From Longimicrobiales bacterium (lineage in GTDB: Bacteria > Gemmatimonadota > Gemmatimonadetes > Longimicrobiales > Gaopeijiaceae), in assembly GCA_963422615.1 (NCBI GenBank), contig OY730414.1, forward strand, positions 372,001 through 436,000: DNA of 64,000 nt, written 5' to 3'. Each line of letters starts with the position of its first letter. Position 1 is the first letter of the stretch. Below, piece after piece: positions 19,939 to 28,245 of the stretch. The translations under genes and the position numbers were made by a program. The notes under the pieces were generated by a model. That model did no database searches and was not told where the DNA came from. It saw only the letters and a list, made by a program, of their open reading frames with translations.

Positions 19939-21147
19939 TCAATGGGATTGCATCCGCTGAACCAGGACGCGGTCCACGCCGAGAGCATCCTCGACGTGGA
20001 GCAACACGTTGTCGCCGATCACATCGCGCAATGATTCTTCCGGACGAACCCGCAAAACCAACTTCACGCTGGCATCCTCGATGCCCCATGCTTGCCAGCG
20101 GACCACCGAATCCCCGGGCAACCGATACCGCCTGAGCCAAAGCCGGCCGTCCAGGTCGGCAAACATCCCGTCGATGGGCGGCGCCGGATCGTTCACTGGC
20201 ACGCTATTCGACAGCAGATTATCCCCGCGGGATCGATCTACACCCTGCTTCTTATGCCATGCATTATCCTCCTGTTCCTTTCTGATCGCGGTTTCTCGCG
20301 CACTCGCAATCTGGCTCCTCGACACGTCGATTGAACCAGGCATGGGAAGCTCCTGTACGAGGTCCCCTTTTCCGTCGTAAAACCCTATCGCGGGGAGATC
20401 GGTCTGCGCGATCACGAGCCCGTCGCCCAGCCGGGACTCCAGCACGTTGTGACCGAAAATGACTGGTGCGTGCTTAGGTTTTCGGTGCACGACCTCAGAG
20501 CCTCTGGCCTTGAGGATCATGCGACTGCTTCCGTCCCGCGAAAACGCGATATAGCGAGCGGGTTCGCGGTAGACGCCACTCGGCGGCTCGGCAACCATCA
20601 TTACCGATATGCTGTCGTCCCGAAACACAACCGAGCCGTCGGAAAACGCCGCAACCATCGGGGCCATCGGGGACCGAAGTGTCTCCATGGGGTCAAGCTT
20701 CCGTGAGTTCCTGTAGTCGCCCGAAGCTGAAAAAAAAGTCAAACGCCCCAATCCCAGATCCCATACCACAACACCATCCGCAGATCGAACCGCTTGGAAA
20801 GGAAGGCGGAACTCTCCCGGACCTTCACCACCGCCGCCAACAGTTACAACATCGCCCGTCTGATAATCAACAAAATGAAACCAGACTCCATCCTGTATCA
20901 GCAGCCGGTCGCCCGAAAGGAACATAGCATTCGACAACGTGCCCAGATTCGAAACTGCCAAATCCGGATGCATCGCCGAATCGAAAACGGTGTCGCCTAG
21001 GCTCAGCTCGGTCGAGGACTCCGCAATCTCGCGTTGTTCCTTCTGATCTTCGCGGCCGCTGCCAATCCAGGGCCTAGCCAAGACGGCCACAATGGCGAGG
21101 ACAACCACGCCCAAGATAATGATCAACATGCCTTCTCGCCGCTTCAT
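19939..21147 (-). CDS. Membrane-anchored six-bladed beta-propeller protein (propeller 3)
   Basis: N-terminal TM, VGGGGEGPGEFR, VVWDLGLGRLTFFSASG and ADLDGRLWLR. AGGAG RBS. Confidence 0.8.
   Translation of the reverse strand: MKRREGMLIIILGVVVLAIVAVLARPWIGSGREDQKEQREIAESSTELSLGDTVFDSAMHPDLAVSNLGTLSNAMFLSGDRLLIQDGVWFHFVDYQTGDVVTVGGGGEGPGEFRLPFQAVRSADGVVVWDLGLGRLTFFSASGDYRNSRKLDPMETLRSPMAPMVAAFSDGSVVFRDDSISVMMVAEPPSGVYREPARYIAFSRDGSSRMILKARGSEVVHRKPKHAPVIFGHNVLESRLGDGLVIAQTDLPAIGFYDGKGDLVQELPMPGSIDVSRSQIASARETAIRKEQEDNAWHKKQGVDRSRGDNLLSNSVPVNDPAPPIDGMFADLDGRLWLRRYRLPGDSVVRWQAWGIEDASVKLVLRVRPEESLRDVIGDNVLLHVEDALGVDRVLVQRMQSH
19952..20999. repeat. Direct repeat copy 1 (about 1.05 kb), near-identical to 21588-22632
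   Basis: Both copies begin ATCCGCTGAACCAGGACGCGG and end GGTGTCGCCTA, with long identical stretches. Confidence 0.95.
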
Positions 21148-21187
21148 ACGTGTTCTCCTATCAAAATGTCCGGCCCTTCTCCCTGAT

Positions 21188-21546
21188 CAGTTGCCCGCTC
21201 GGTTTCGATCATGGCACCAAGTGCCGGTACCCTATATCTTCATTGTTGACTTCAGAAGCAATTGTGATCAACAAGCCCGCCAGGGCAGAACTCGACGGTA
21301 CAAGCACCTCCGTTTGCCACGCAAACCATACATCCACTGAGCCTCTCGTGGCACGGGTGTCGCGACGAAGCATCCGTCGACGTGCTGCCGAATCCAGCCG
21401 CAATGACGGCGATCAGCGCGAGACCCAAAAACCTGAAGGCAGTCTTTAGAGTTTTCATCTGGTATCCTCCTTTTGTGCCGACTCAAGTCGGGCAACTGTC
21501 TTGGGGTGTAGTCAAAAAGCCCATCTAACCGAGCGGGCAAATGGTC
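21188..21546. repeat. Long-range inverted repeat enclosing the peptide B gene
   Basis: TTGCCCGCTCGGTT (21191-21204) / AACCGAGCGGGCAA (21527-21540) is a perfect 14-bp match with imperfect extensions. Confidence 0.85.
21252..21458 (-). CDS. Secreted six-cysteine peptide B (68 aa)
   Basis: AAGGAGGA RBS. Signal-like MKTLKTAFRFLGLALIAVIAAG, then C-x6-C-x2-C-x6-C-x4-C-x8-CF. Paralogue at 23429-23620. Confidence 0.88.
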   Translation of the reverse strand: MKTLKTAFRFLGLALIAVIAAGFGSTSTDASSRHPCHERLSGCMVCVANGGACTVEFCPGGLVDHNCF

Positions 21547-21556
21547 GTGTTATTTA

Positions 21557-23326
21557 TTAATCCATTTTTCCAGGTTCATCAGATGCGATCCGCTGAACCA
21601 GGACGCGGTCCACGCCGAGAGCATCCTCGACGTGGAGCAACACGTTGTCGCCGATCACATCGCGCAATGATTCTTCCGGACGAACCCGCAAAACCAACTT
21701 CACGCTGGCATCCTCGATGCCCCATGCTTGCCAGCGGACCACCGAATCCCCGGGCAACCGATACCGCCTGAGCCAAAGCCGGCCGTCCAGGTCGGCAAAC
21801 ATCCCGTCGATGGGCGGCGCCGGATCGTTCACTGGCACGCTATTCGACAGTAGATTATCCTCGAGGGATTGACCCAGCCTTCTACCGAGCCTAGAAGCTC
21901 GCTCCTGTTCCTTTCTGATCGCGGTTTCTCGCGCACTCGCAATCTGGCTCCTCGACACGTCGATTGAACCAGGCATGGGAAGCTCCTGTACAAGGTTCCC
22001 TTTTCCATCGTAAAACCCTATCGTGGGGAGATCGGTCTGCGCGATCACGAGCCCGTTGCCCAGCCGGAACTCCAGAACGCTGTGACCGAAAATGATTGGT
22101 ACGCGCAAAGGTTTTTGGTACACGACCTCAGAGCCTCTGGCCTTGAGGATCATGCGACTGCTCCCGTCCCGCGAAAACGCGATATAGCGAGCGGGTTCGC
22201 GGTAGACGCCACTCGGCGGCTCGGCACCCGTAATTACCGATATGCTGTCGTCCCGAAACACGACCGAGCCGTCGGAAAACGCCGCAACCATCGGGGCCAT
22301 CGGGGACCGAAGTGCCTCCAAGGGGTCAAGCTTCCGTGAGTTCCTGTAGTCGCCCGAAGCTGAAAAAAAAGTCAAACGCCCCAATCCCAGATCCCATACC
22401 ACAACACCATCCGCAGATCGAACCGCTTGGAAAGGAAGGCGGAACTCTCCCGGACCTTCACCACCGCCGCCAACAGTTACAACATCGCCCGTCTGATAAT
22501 CAACAAAATGAAACCAGACTCCATCCTGTATCAGCAGCCGGTCGCCCGAAAGGAACATAGCATTCGACAACGTGCCCAGATTCGAAACTGCCAAATCCGG
22601 ATGCATCGCCGAATCGAAAATGGTGTCGCCTAACACATCGAATGCAGTCGGCGATCTATTGGCGGCCTCTCGACCGGAGGAGGGCAATGTCGCCAGTGCT
22701 TGCATCCAGCCATCCTGGCCAAAGAATGTCCCCTTCCTTGTGATAAATGTAGGAGTTCCCTGTACGGCAAGCAGATCGCCAAGCTCTCGATCCTTTCTGA
22801 GCCGTTGTAACGCGTCGCTGCCGCGTGTGCATGCCTCAAAGGCATCGCCAGCAATGCCAATTTCCGTAGCCAGATCGGCCCAGTCCTGGTTCGCCATCCA
22901 TCCATCATCCGTCATCATCAGGTTATGAACCTCCGCGAACACGCCGTAGCGTTCCGCGCATATGGCGGCAAGGCCCGCACTTCGTGCAGCCGGATGAATC
23001 TGAGCCAACGGAAAGTGTCGCAACACGACGGTCACGCCCTGGCTTGCCGCTGCCTCCGACACAGCCTGCGATACGCGCCTGCAGGCGGGACACTCATAGT
23101 CGACGAACTCCACTATCGTCCGCGCATCGTCCCCTGAGCCCAGCCGGGAGTCCACCTCGGTCAGCTCGGTCCAGACTTCCGCGATTTCGCGTCGCTTCTT
23201 CCTATCGTCGTGGACGCTAGCAATCCAACGCCCAACCATGCCATTCGGACTGAACAACAGGACGACCAATATGGCGAGAATGGCCACGTTCACGATAATA
23301 TTTAGTTTGCTTTCTCGCTGCTTCAT
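21557..23326 (-). CDS. Membrane-anchored DsbA (CPAC) - six-bladed beta-propeller fusion (propeller 2)
   Basis: TM, IVEFVDYECPAC, RHFPL and VQGTPTF, followed by a propeller nearly identical to 19939-21147. Confidence 0.88.
   Translation of the reverse strand: MKQRESKLNIIVNVAILAILVVLLFSPNGMVGRWIASVHDDRKKRREIAEVWTELTEVDSRLGSGDDARTIVEFVDYECPACRRVSQAVSEAAASQGVTVVLRHFPLAQIHPAARSAGLAAICAERYGVFAEVHNLMMTDDGWMANQDWADLATEIGIAGDAFEACTRGSDALQRLRKDRELGDLLAVQGTPTFITRKGTFFGQDGWMQALATLPSSGREAANRSPTAFDVLGDTIFDSAMHPDLAVSNLGTLSNAMFLSGDRLLIQDGVWFHFVDYQTGDVVTVGGGGEGPGEFRLPFQAVRSADGVVVWDLGLGRLTFFSASGDYRNSRKLDPLEALRSPMAPMVAAFSDGSVVFRDDSISVITGAEPPSGVYREPARYIAFSRDGSSRMILKARGSEVVYQKPLRVPIIFGHSVLEFRLGNGLVIAQTDLPTIGFYDGKGNLVQELPMPGSIDVSRSQIASARETAIRKEQERASRLGRRLGQSLEDNLLSNSVPVNDPAPPIDGMFADLDGRLWLRRYRLPGDSVVRWQAWGIEDASVKLVLRVRPEESLRDVIGDNVLLHVEDALGVDRVLVQRIASDEPGKMD
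21588..22632. repeat. Direct repeat copy 2 of the propeller-coding segment
   Basis: Matches 19952-20999. Confidence 0.95.
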
Positions 23327-23364
23327 CGTGTTCTCCCGGCGAAGGTCAAATTTTTTTCCCTGAC

Positions 23365-23716
23365 CAGTTGCCCGCTCGGTCTAGCTCATGGCACCAAGTG
23401 CAGGTGCCCTACATCTTCATTGTTGACTTCAGAAGCAATTGTGATCGACAGGCCTGCCAGGGCAGATCTCGGCGGTGCAAGCACCTCCGTTTGCCACGCA
23501 GACAAGGCATCCATCAAGTGATCTGATGCAACCGTCTTTCGGCTTGATGTCGAATCCCGCGGCACTGACGGCGATCAGTGCGAGACCCAGAAACCTGAGC
23601 GTGGTTCTTAGAGTTATCATCGGTATCCTCCTTTTGTGCGCCCGACTCATATCGGCACTGTTCTAGGGTATAGGGGTATAACGGATAGCAAACTACTCTA
23701 GCTGAGCGGGCAACTG
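23365..23716. repeat. Long-range inverted repeat enclosing the peptide A gene
   Basis: CAGTTGCCCGCTC (23365-23377) / GAGCGGGCAACTG (23704-23716) is a perfect 13-bp match, extended inward by CTAG/CTAG. Confidence 0.85.
23429..23620 (-). CDS. Secreted six-cysteine peptide A (63 aa)
   Basis: AAGGAGGA RBS before ATG 23620. MITLRTTLRFLGLALIAVSAAGFDIKPKDGCIRSLDGCLVCVANGGACTAEICPGRPVDHNCF. Confidence 0.88.
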   Translation of the reverse strand: MITLRTTLRFLGLALIAVSAAGFDIKPKDGCIRSLDGCLVCVANGGACTAEICPGRPVDHNCF

Positions 23717-23731
23717 TTCTTGGCCATTACG

Positions 23732-25030
23732 TTACTTTACTCTTACTATCTCGTGAATCATAAACTGGTCGGCACCCGAGTTATCGGTCGTCCGAAGCAA
23801 CACGCGATCCCCATTGGCGTCGAGCAATTGCTTGGTTCTCGGGAGCATAACCCGAAAATCGGGGATGTGGCGTCCGACACTCCAGACATACCAGTAGACG
23901 TTTGTATCCCCGGGCATAGGAAACAATCGCAACCAAGCACGACCATCAAGATCGCCGATTATTTTGTCGACGGAAGGCACCACGTCATTGGACGGCAACA
24001 GAGCTATTCGTATCGAATCCCGGCCAGGTGAAAAGGTAGCTCCTCCGAATTCTTCTGCAAATGAAAGCTCTTTCTGCTCTTGTCGGGCCATGTTTTCTCT
24101 GAATCTCTCCAGCGTGCGCAATTTTCGTTGTGCCTCAATATGGTCCGGTTCCACCTGCCTCTGATCGCGGGGTAAGGGAAATCCGGCGATCTGCTTACCC
24201 GCTCGGTCATAAACCACAGCTTCTGCACGATCCGTCTGGACTATCATGAGGTGCTCGCCCACGCGGGCTTCAAGTAGTCTGTGGCCAAAGATAATCCGCT
24301 CAGCACCTGAGCTGGTGACGCCGTCCACTTTAGTCGTCAGGAAAAACTTTTCTTCATCCATGGCTCTGGCCAATACCGTTGTCGCTCCGCCGGCATCTCG
24401 CGTTTCATAGCGCACCGAATCCCGTTGCAATTCCTCCGGGCCCGCTAGAAAGGCCATCGAAAAACCGGTCGGATTCTTCGAGCGCCGGAAAAGGAGTTGT
24501 CGATCTGGGAACATTCCCGCGACCTTTGGCGCTACGAAACCTTCGGCAAAAGGATTATACGCCAACTTCCAGACAGTTTTCCCATTGGTATCGAAACCAA
24601 CGACCGACCCGCTGCGATGGGTTACGATAAATCCGTTGAAGCGGTCCAGTAAGCGAAGTCTTGGTTTCAGCTCTGCATCCTCTTCTTCTTGGGTACGCCA
24701 AGCCGTTTTGATAACAATGTCGACGAAGCCCAGTACTTGGGCGACGCCATCCACGAACGCGACTTGGTTGGGTCCGACGAACAGCGCGCCGTCGAGCCGC
24801 CCGATCCGGGCCACCCGTGGGTCCGGGTAGTCTGCCGAGACGAACACCGGCTCTTTCACCAACTCCATCCTGGGTACTTCCTGGCCACTCGCTTCGCTCG
24901 AAACCAAAAGAACGAGGATCGCGAGCCCGATCGTCTGGATACCGAGGTGTCCAGTACGTTGAGCGGCCTCGAGCGCGCCGAACCATCGATCCAACCCAGC
25001 TTTCCGCGTCAACAATCGTTTCGATTTCAT
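23732..25030 (-). CDS. Exported beta-propeller-like protein (propeller 1), divergent paralogue of propellers 2 and 3
   Basis: AAGGAG RBS and a hydrophobic signal ending ASG-Q. Shared blocks IIFGHRLLEARVGEHLMIVQTD and GDLDGRAWLRLFPMPGD. Confidence 0.8.
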   Translation of the reverse strand: MKSKRLLTRKAGLDRWFGALEAAQRTGHLGIQTIGLAILVLLVSSEASGQEVPRMELVKEPVFVSADYPDPRVARIGRLDGALFVGPNQVAFVDGVAQVLGFVDIVIKTAWRTQEEEDAELKPRLRLLDRFNGFIVTHRSGSVVGFDTNGKTVWKLAYNPFAEGFVAPKVAGMFPDRQLLFRRSKNPTGFSMAFLAGPEELQRDSVRYETRDAGGATTVLARAMDEEKFFLTTKVDGVTSSGAERIIFGHRLLEARVGEHLMIVQTDRAEAVVYDRAGKQIAGFPLPRDQRQVEPDHIEAQRKLRTLERFRENMARQEQKELSFAEEFGGATFSPGRDSIRIALLPSNDVVPSVDKIIGDLDGRAWLRLFPMPGDTNVYWYVWSVGRHIPDFRVMLPRTKQLLDANGDRVLLRTTDNSGADQFMIHEIVRVK

Positions 25031-25066
25031 AGTAATTTTCTCCTTAGTAGGTTGCGAAGGCGAGAA

Positions 25067-25096
25067 AATCTAGAGGTATTTTGATGATTTTGTCAA
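25067..25096 (-). promoter_or_regulatory. Sigma70-type promoter for peptide/propeller locus 1
   Basis: TTGACA (25096-25091), 18-nt spacer, TAGATT (25072-25067), about 36 nt before the ATG at 25030. Confidence 0.65.
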
Positions 25097-25146
25097 CCCC
25101 TTTGCAGTACTTGAGTATGACCGCCTTCCTCTTCGGTGACGACCTT

Positions 25147-25260
25147 CCGCGACAGTCGAAGGTCACGGCGGGTGACGCGCCCGCTGTCCACACGGACCCA
25201 GATCCGGACCGTGTCTCCGCAGAAGGGGCTGTGGGCTTGGCCGGTTGTCACGGGCTGATC
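25147..25260 (-). pseudogene. Internal sufU fragment, frameshifted, homologous to 52408-52520
   Basis: DQPVTTGQAHSPFCGDTVRIWVRVDSGRVT/AVTFDCRG versus DDPMTTGEAHNPFCGDTVRMWVRVDGGRVAAVTFDGRG, with a 1-nt insertion. Confidence 0.88.
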
Positions 25261-25318
25261 AGGCGGCGCCGGAAGACGAGACCTTCGCGGTCCACCACTC
25301 CCTCGGCGGTCTGTATGA

Positions 25319-25459
25319 CTGACCACGCCGATCGTGGAGAAGGCGCTGGAGCCGGTGTTGGCCAGGCTCGTTGGGGGCGGCGCGCCGACGGCCGAGGAGC
25401 TGCTCCACCCTGTTAAGGTGTGCGACCCGGCGATGGGCTCCGGGGCGTTCTCGGTGGAT
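25319..25459 (+). pseudogene. Fragment of N6-adenine DNA methyltransferase (DrmMI/Eco57I-like)
   Basis: LTTPIVEKALEPVLARL...PTAEELL...KVCDPAMGSGAF carries SAM-binding motif I. The rest of the gene is absent. Confidence 0.8.
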
Positions 25460-25511
25460 CCGCAAGGCCGCGAGTCTTCTAAGACCCCCGGTCGATCAAC
25501 CCCCTTTTGCT

Positions 25512-25679
25512 CCGGGCATCCTTCACGCCAAAGCCGTGGTTGCCGACGAGAAGCAGGTCTTCGTCACGTCGGCCAACTTCACCGCGGCGGCCCTTGATCC
25601 CAACATCGAGCTCGGGCTGCTGGTGCGGGACCTTCCTGTCGCCCTGAGCGTGATCATGCACCTCCAGGGTGCGGTTTGA
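25512..25679 (+). pseudogene. drmC: C-terminal fragment of phospholipase-D-like nuclease (DrmC-like)
   Basis: GILHAKAVVADEKQVFVTSANFTAAALDPNIELGLLV contains HxKx4D, SAN and NxE. Confidence 0.78.
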
Positions 25680-25722
25680 CGGACAGCTGTTGTGGGCAAT
25701 ACCGTGAGGAGTAGTTTCCGCC

Positions 25723-28245
25723 TCATGCCGGTGCGGGCGTCGCCACCTCCCTTTTTTCCTTTTCCACCGACCTGGCCCGCGCCCGCGCGAGCTTCTTCTT
25801 CGGAGACCGGATCGCCAGAGCCACCACCCTGTGCAGATCGTCCACCAAGTGAACCGTCAGCCCTTTTCGCACCGAATCCGGCAGGTCTTCCAGGTCGGCT
25901 TCGTTCTCTCGGGGAAGGACGACCTCCTGGATGCCGGCCCGCACTGCGCCCAAGACCTTTTCCTTTACCCCGCCGATCGGCAGCACGCGCCCCGTTAGGG
26001 TCAGCTCTCCGGTCATGGCCAAGTCACTCCGAACCCGCCGCTTCGATACCGCCGAAATCAGGGCGGTCGCCATGGTGATTCCCGCCGAAGGGCCATCCTT
26101 CGGTACGGCGCCGGCGGGAACGTGGATGTGGATTTCATGCTCATCCAGGGCGTTCGCTTCGATCCCGAGGGCCCGGTAGTTGGCCTTGGTATAGGACAGC
26201 GCTGCCCGGGCCGATTCCTTCATGACGTCGCCCAACTGGCCGGTCAGGACGAGCCCTCCCTCCCCTGGCATGACGCTCGCTTCGACGAACATGATGTCGC
26301 CGCCCATGGGGGTATAGAACATCCCCGTCGCCACCCCGACCGTGTCCTCGGCAGCCCTCTGTTCCGGATGCACCCGGGGCCGCCCGAGAAGATCCTGCCC
26401 GATTCGGGACGTGATCTCCATCCCTTCGCTCTCGGCAGCTGCGATCTTCCGGGCAACTTTTCGGGCAAGCTTCCCCAGCTGCCGCTCCAGCTGCCGCACT
26501 CCGGCCTCCCGGGTGTACTTCTGGATCACGACCAGGAGCGCCTCCTCCCCGACGACAAGCTCTTCGTTCCGCAGACCTGACTCCCTTTTCTGGCGAGGAA
26601 GGAGGTACCGCCGGGCAATCTCCGTTTTCTCTTCTTCCGTGTAGCCTCGAAATTCGACGGTCTCCATCCGGTCCAGAAGGGGCGGAGGTATCCGGTCCGC
26701 GTAGTTGGCAGTGGCGATGAAGAGCACTTCGGAGAGATCGAAGGGAATGCCCAGGTAGTGGTCGCTGAACGTCGAATTCTGGGCAGGGTCCAACACTTCC
26801 AGGAGGGCCGAACTCGGGTCGCCCTGAAAGGAGATGCCCAGCTTGTCCACCTCGTCCAAGAGGAAGACCGGGTTCTTGCTGCGCGCATCCTTCATACCCT
26901 GAATGATTCGCCCGGGCAGCGCCCCCACGTATGTTCGCCGGTGCCCCCGGATGTCGGCTTCATCCCGAGCGCCTCCCAAGGAGATCCGGACATACTTCCG
27001 ACCCACAGACCGGGCGATGGAACGGGCAATGCTCGTTTTTCCCACGCCGGGCGGCCCCACGAAGAGGAGGATCGGACCTCTACCCCCTCCGGACGCCTCC
27101 TCCGAGTCTCCCCCGAACGTCTTCCCGGCGTCCTCACCGGCTTCCCTGCCGACGTCCTCTTGAGGAGCGTCCCCCTCCGGGACATCGGCGCCCAGGGCAT
27201 CGGCGCCGAAGCGTTCCTGCTGGAGCTTGCGCACCGCGAGGAACTCCAGAACCCTGTCCTTCACGTCCACAAGGCCGTAGTGGTCCTCTTCCAGGATCTC
27301 CCCCGCCCGACGCAGATCGATCTTGTCGTCCGTGCGGTTGTTCCAAGGCAGTTCCGTGACCCACTCCAGAAAGGTGCGGATGACTTGGTACTCCGCCGAT
27401 TGGGGTGCGGTACGCTCAAGCCGGCGCAGCTCCCGTTCGACCTCGTTCCGGGCGGCTTCCGCCAGGTTGAGCTTCTCGATCCGTTCTCTCAGTTCGTCGG
27501 TCTCGTCCCGTTCCTGCTCTTCCCCCAGCTCCTTCCGGATCTGCTTCATCTGCTCCCGCAGGAGCATTTCTCGCTGGCGCTCTCCCAACTCCTCCTGGAC
27601 CTTGGCCTGAATGTCTTCCTGAGCATCAATGCGAACCAGCTCCCGCTCCACGGCCACCAGGGAGGCCCGCATTCGGTCCTCGTCCCCCAGGGTCTCAAGA
27701 AGTTCCTGCTTCTCCGAAGTGGGCAATTCCAGATAGAACGCCACCAGGTCGGCAAAGGCGCCGGGATCGTCCACGCCCTGGATCAGCTGGCTCATAGCCT
27801 CCGATCGCACGCCGCGGCGAGTGCCCAGTTCGGCGGCTCGCTGCCGAAGCTCGTGGTCCAGGGCCAGGAACGCAGGGTCATCTTCAACGACCGGTCCCTC
27901 CCGCTCGGTGGCGACCAGGGTGGCGCGGAGCATGGCCTCCCCATCGCTCACAAATGCAAGAGCCCGGGCCCGTCCTTCGCCCTGGACCAGAAGTTGAATC
28001 CCGTTTCGGACCCGATGGGTCTGGATCACCCTCACCACCGTACCGACCGCATACAGGATCTTGGGGTCGGGCTCGTCCTGATTGTCGTGTTGCGCCACCG
28101 CGAAGAGCCGGCGGTCGCCTTCCAGCGCGTCTTGAACTGCCTCAACCGTTCCCGGGCGACCCGCCGAAATCGGCACGGCAACCCCCGGATAGACGACCGT
28201 GTCCCGTAGCGGGAGCACCGGCAGCGAAAACCGTTTACGCTTCAT
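25723..28245 (-). CDS. lon: ATP-dependent Lon protease
   Basis: LPVLPLRD, GPPGVGKT, RGHRRTYVGALPG, DEVDK, PKDGPSAG and IGGVKEK. Confidence 0.97.
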   Translation of the reverse strand: MKRKRFSLPVLPLRDTVVYPGVAVPISAGRPGTVEAVQDALEGDRRLFAVAQHDNQDEPDPKILYAVGTVVRVIQTHRVRNGIQLLVQGEGRARALAFVSDGEAMLRATLVATEREGPVVEDDPAFLALDHELRQRAAELGTRRGVRSEAMSQLIQGVDDPGAFADLVAFYLELPTSEKQELLETLGDEDRMRASLVAVERELVRIDAQEDIQAKVQEELGERQREMLLREQMKQIRKELGEEQERDETDELRERIEKLNLAEAARNEVERELRRLERTAPQSAEYQVIRTFLEWVTELPWNNRTDDKIDLRRAGEILEEDHYGLVDVKDRVLEFLAVRKLQQERFGADALGADVPEGDAPQEDVGREAGEDAGKTFGGDSEEASGGGRGPILLFVGPPGVGKTSIARSIARSVGRKYVRISLGGARDEADIRGHRRTYVGALPGRIIQGMKDARSKNPVFLLDEVDKLGISFQGDPSSALLEVLDPAQNSTFSDHYLGIPFDLSEVLFIATANYADRIPPPLLDRMETVEFRGYTEEEKTEIARRYLLPRQKRESGLRNEELVVGEEALLVVIQKYTREAGVRQLERQLGKLARKVARKIAAAESEGMEITSRIGQDLLGRPRVHPEQRAAEDTVGVATGMFYTPMGGDIMFVEASVMPGEGGLVLTGQLGDVMKESARAALSYTKANYRALGIEANALDEHEIHIHVPAGAVPKDGPSAGITMATALISAVSKRRVRSDLAMTGELTLTGRVLPIGGVKEKVLGAVRAGIQEVVLPRENEADLEDLPDSVRKGLTVHLVDDLHRVVALAIRSPKKKLARARARSVEKEKREVATPAPA

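Noticed and set aside
20730..20737. A8 tract (also at about 22363-22370) as a phase-variation switch
   Set aside because: It is short, in frame and the same length in both copies. There is no evidence of slippage.
21252..23620. Peptides as lanthipeptide, ranthipeptide or other enzyme-modified RiPP precursors
   Set aside because: No radical SAM, LanM/LanB, YcaO or peptidase-ABC gene is nearby. The leaders look Sec-type and the DsbA points to disulfides.
27080..27220. Acidic low-complexity insertion in Lon before Walker A
   Set aside because: It looks like an ordinary variable loop with no intein or repeat features.
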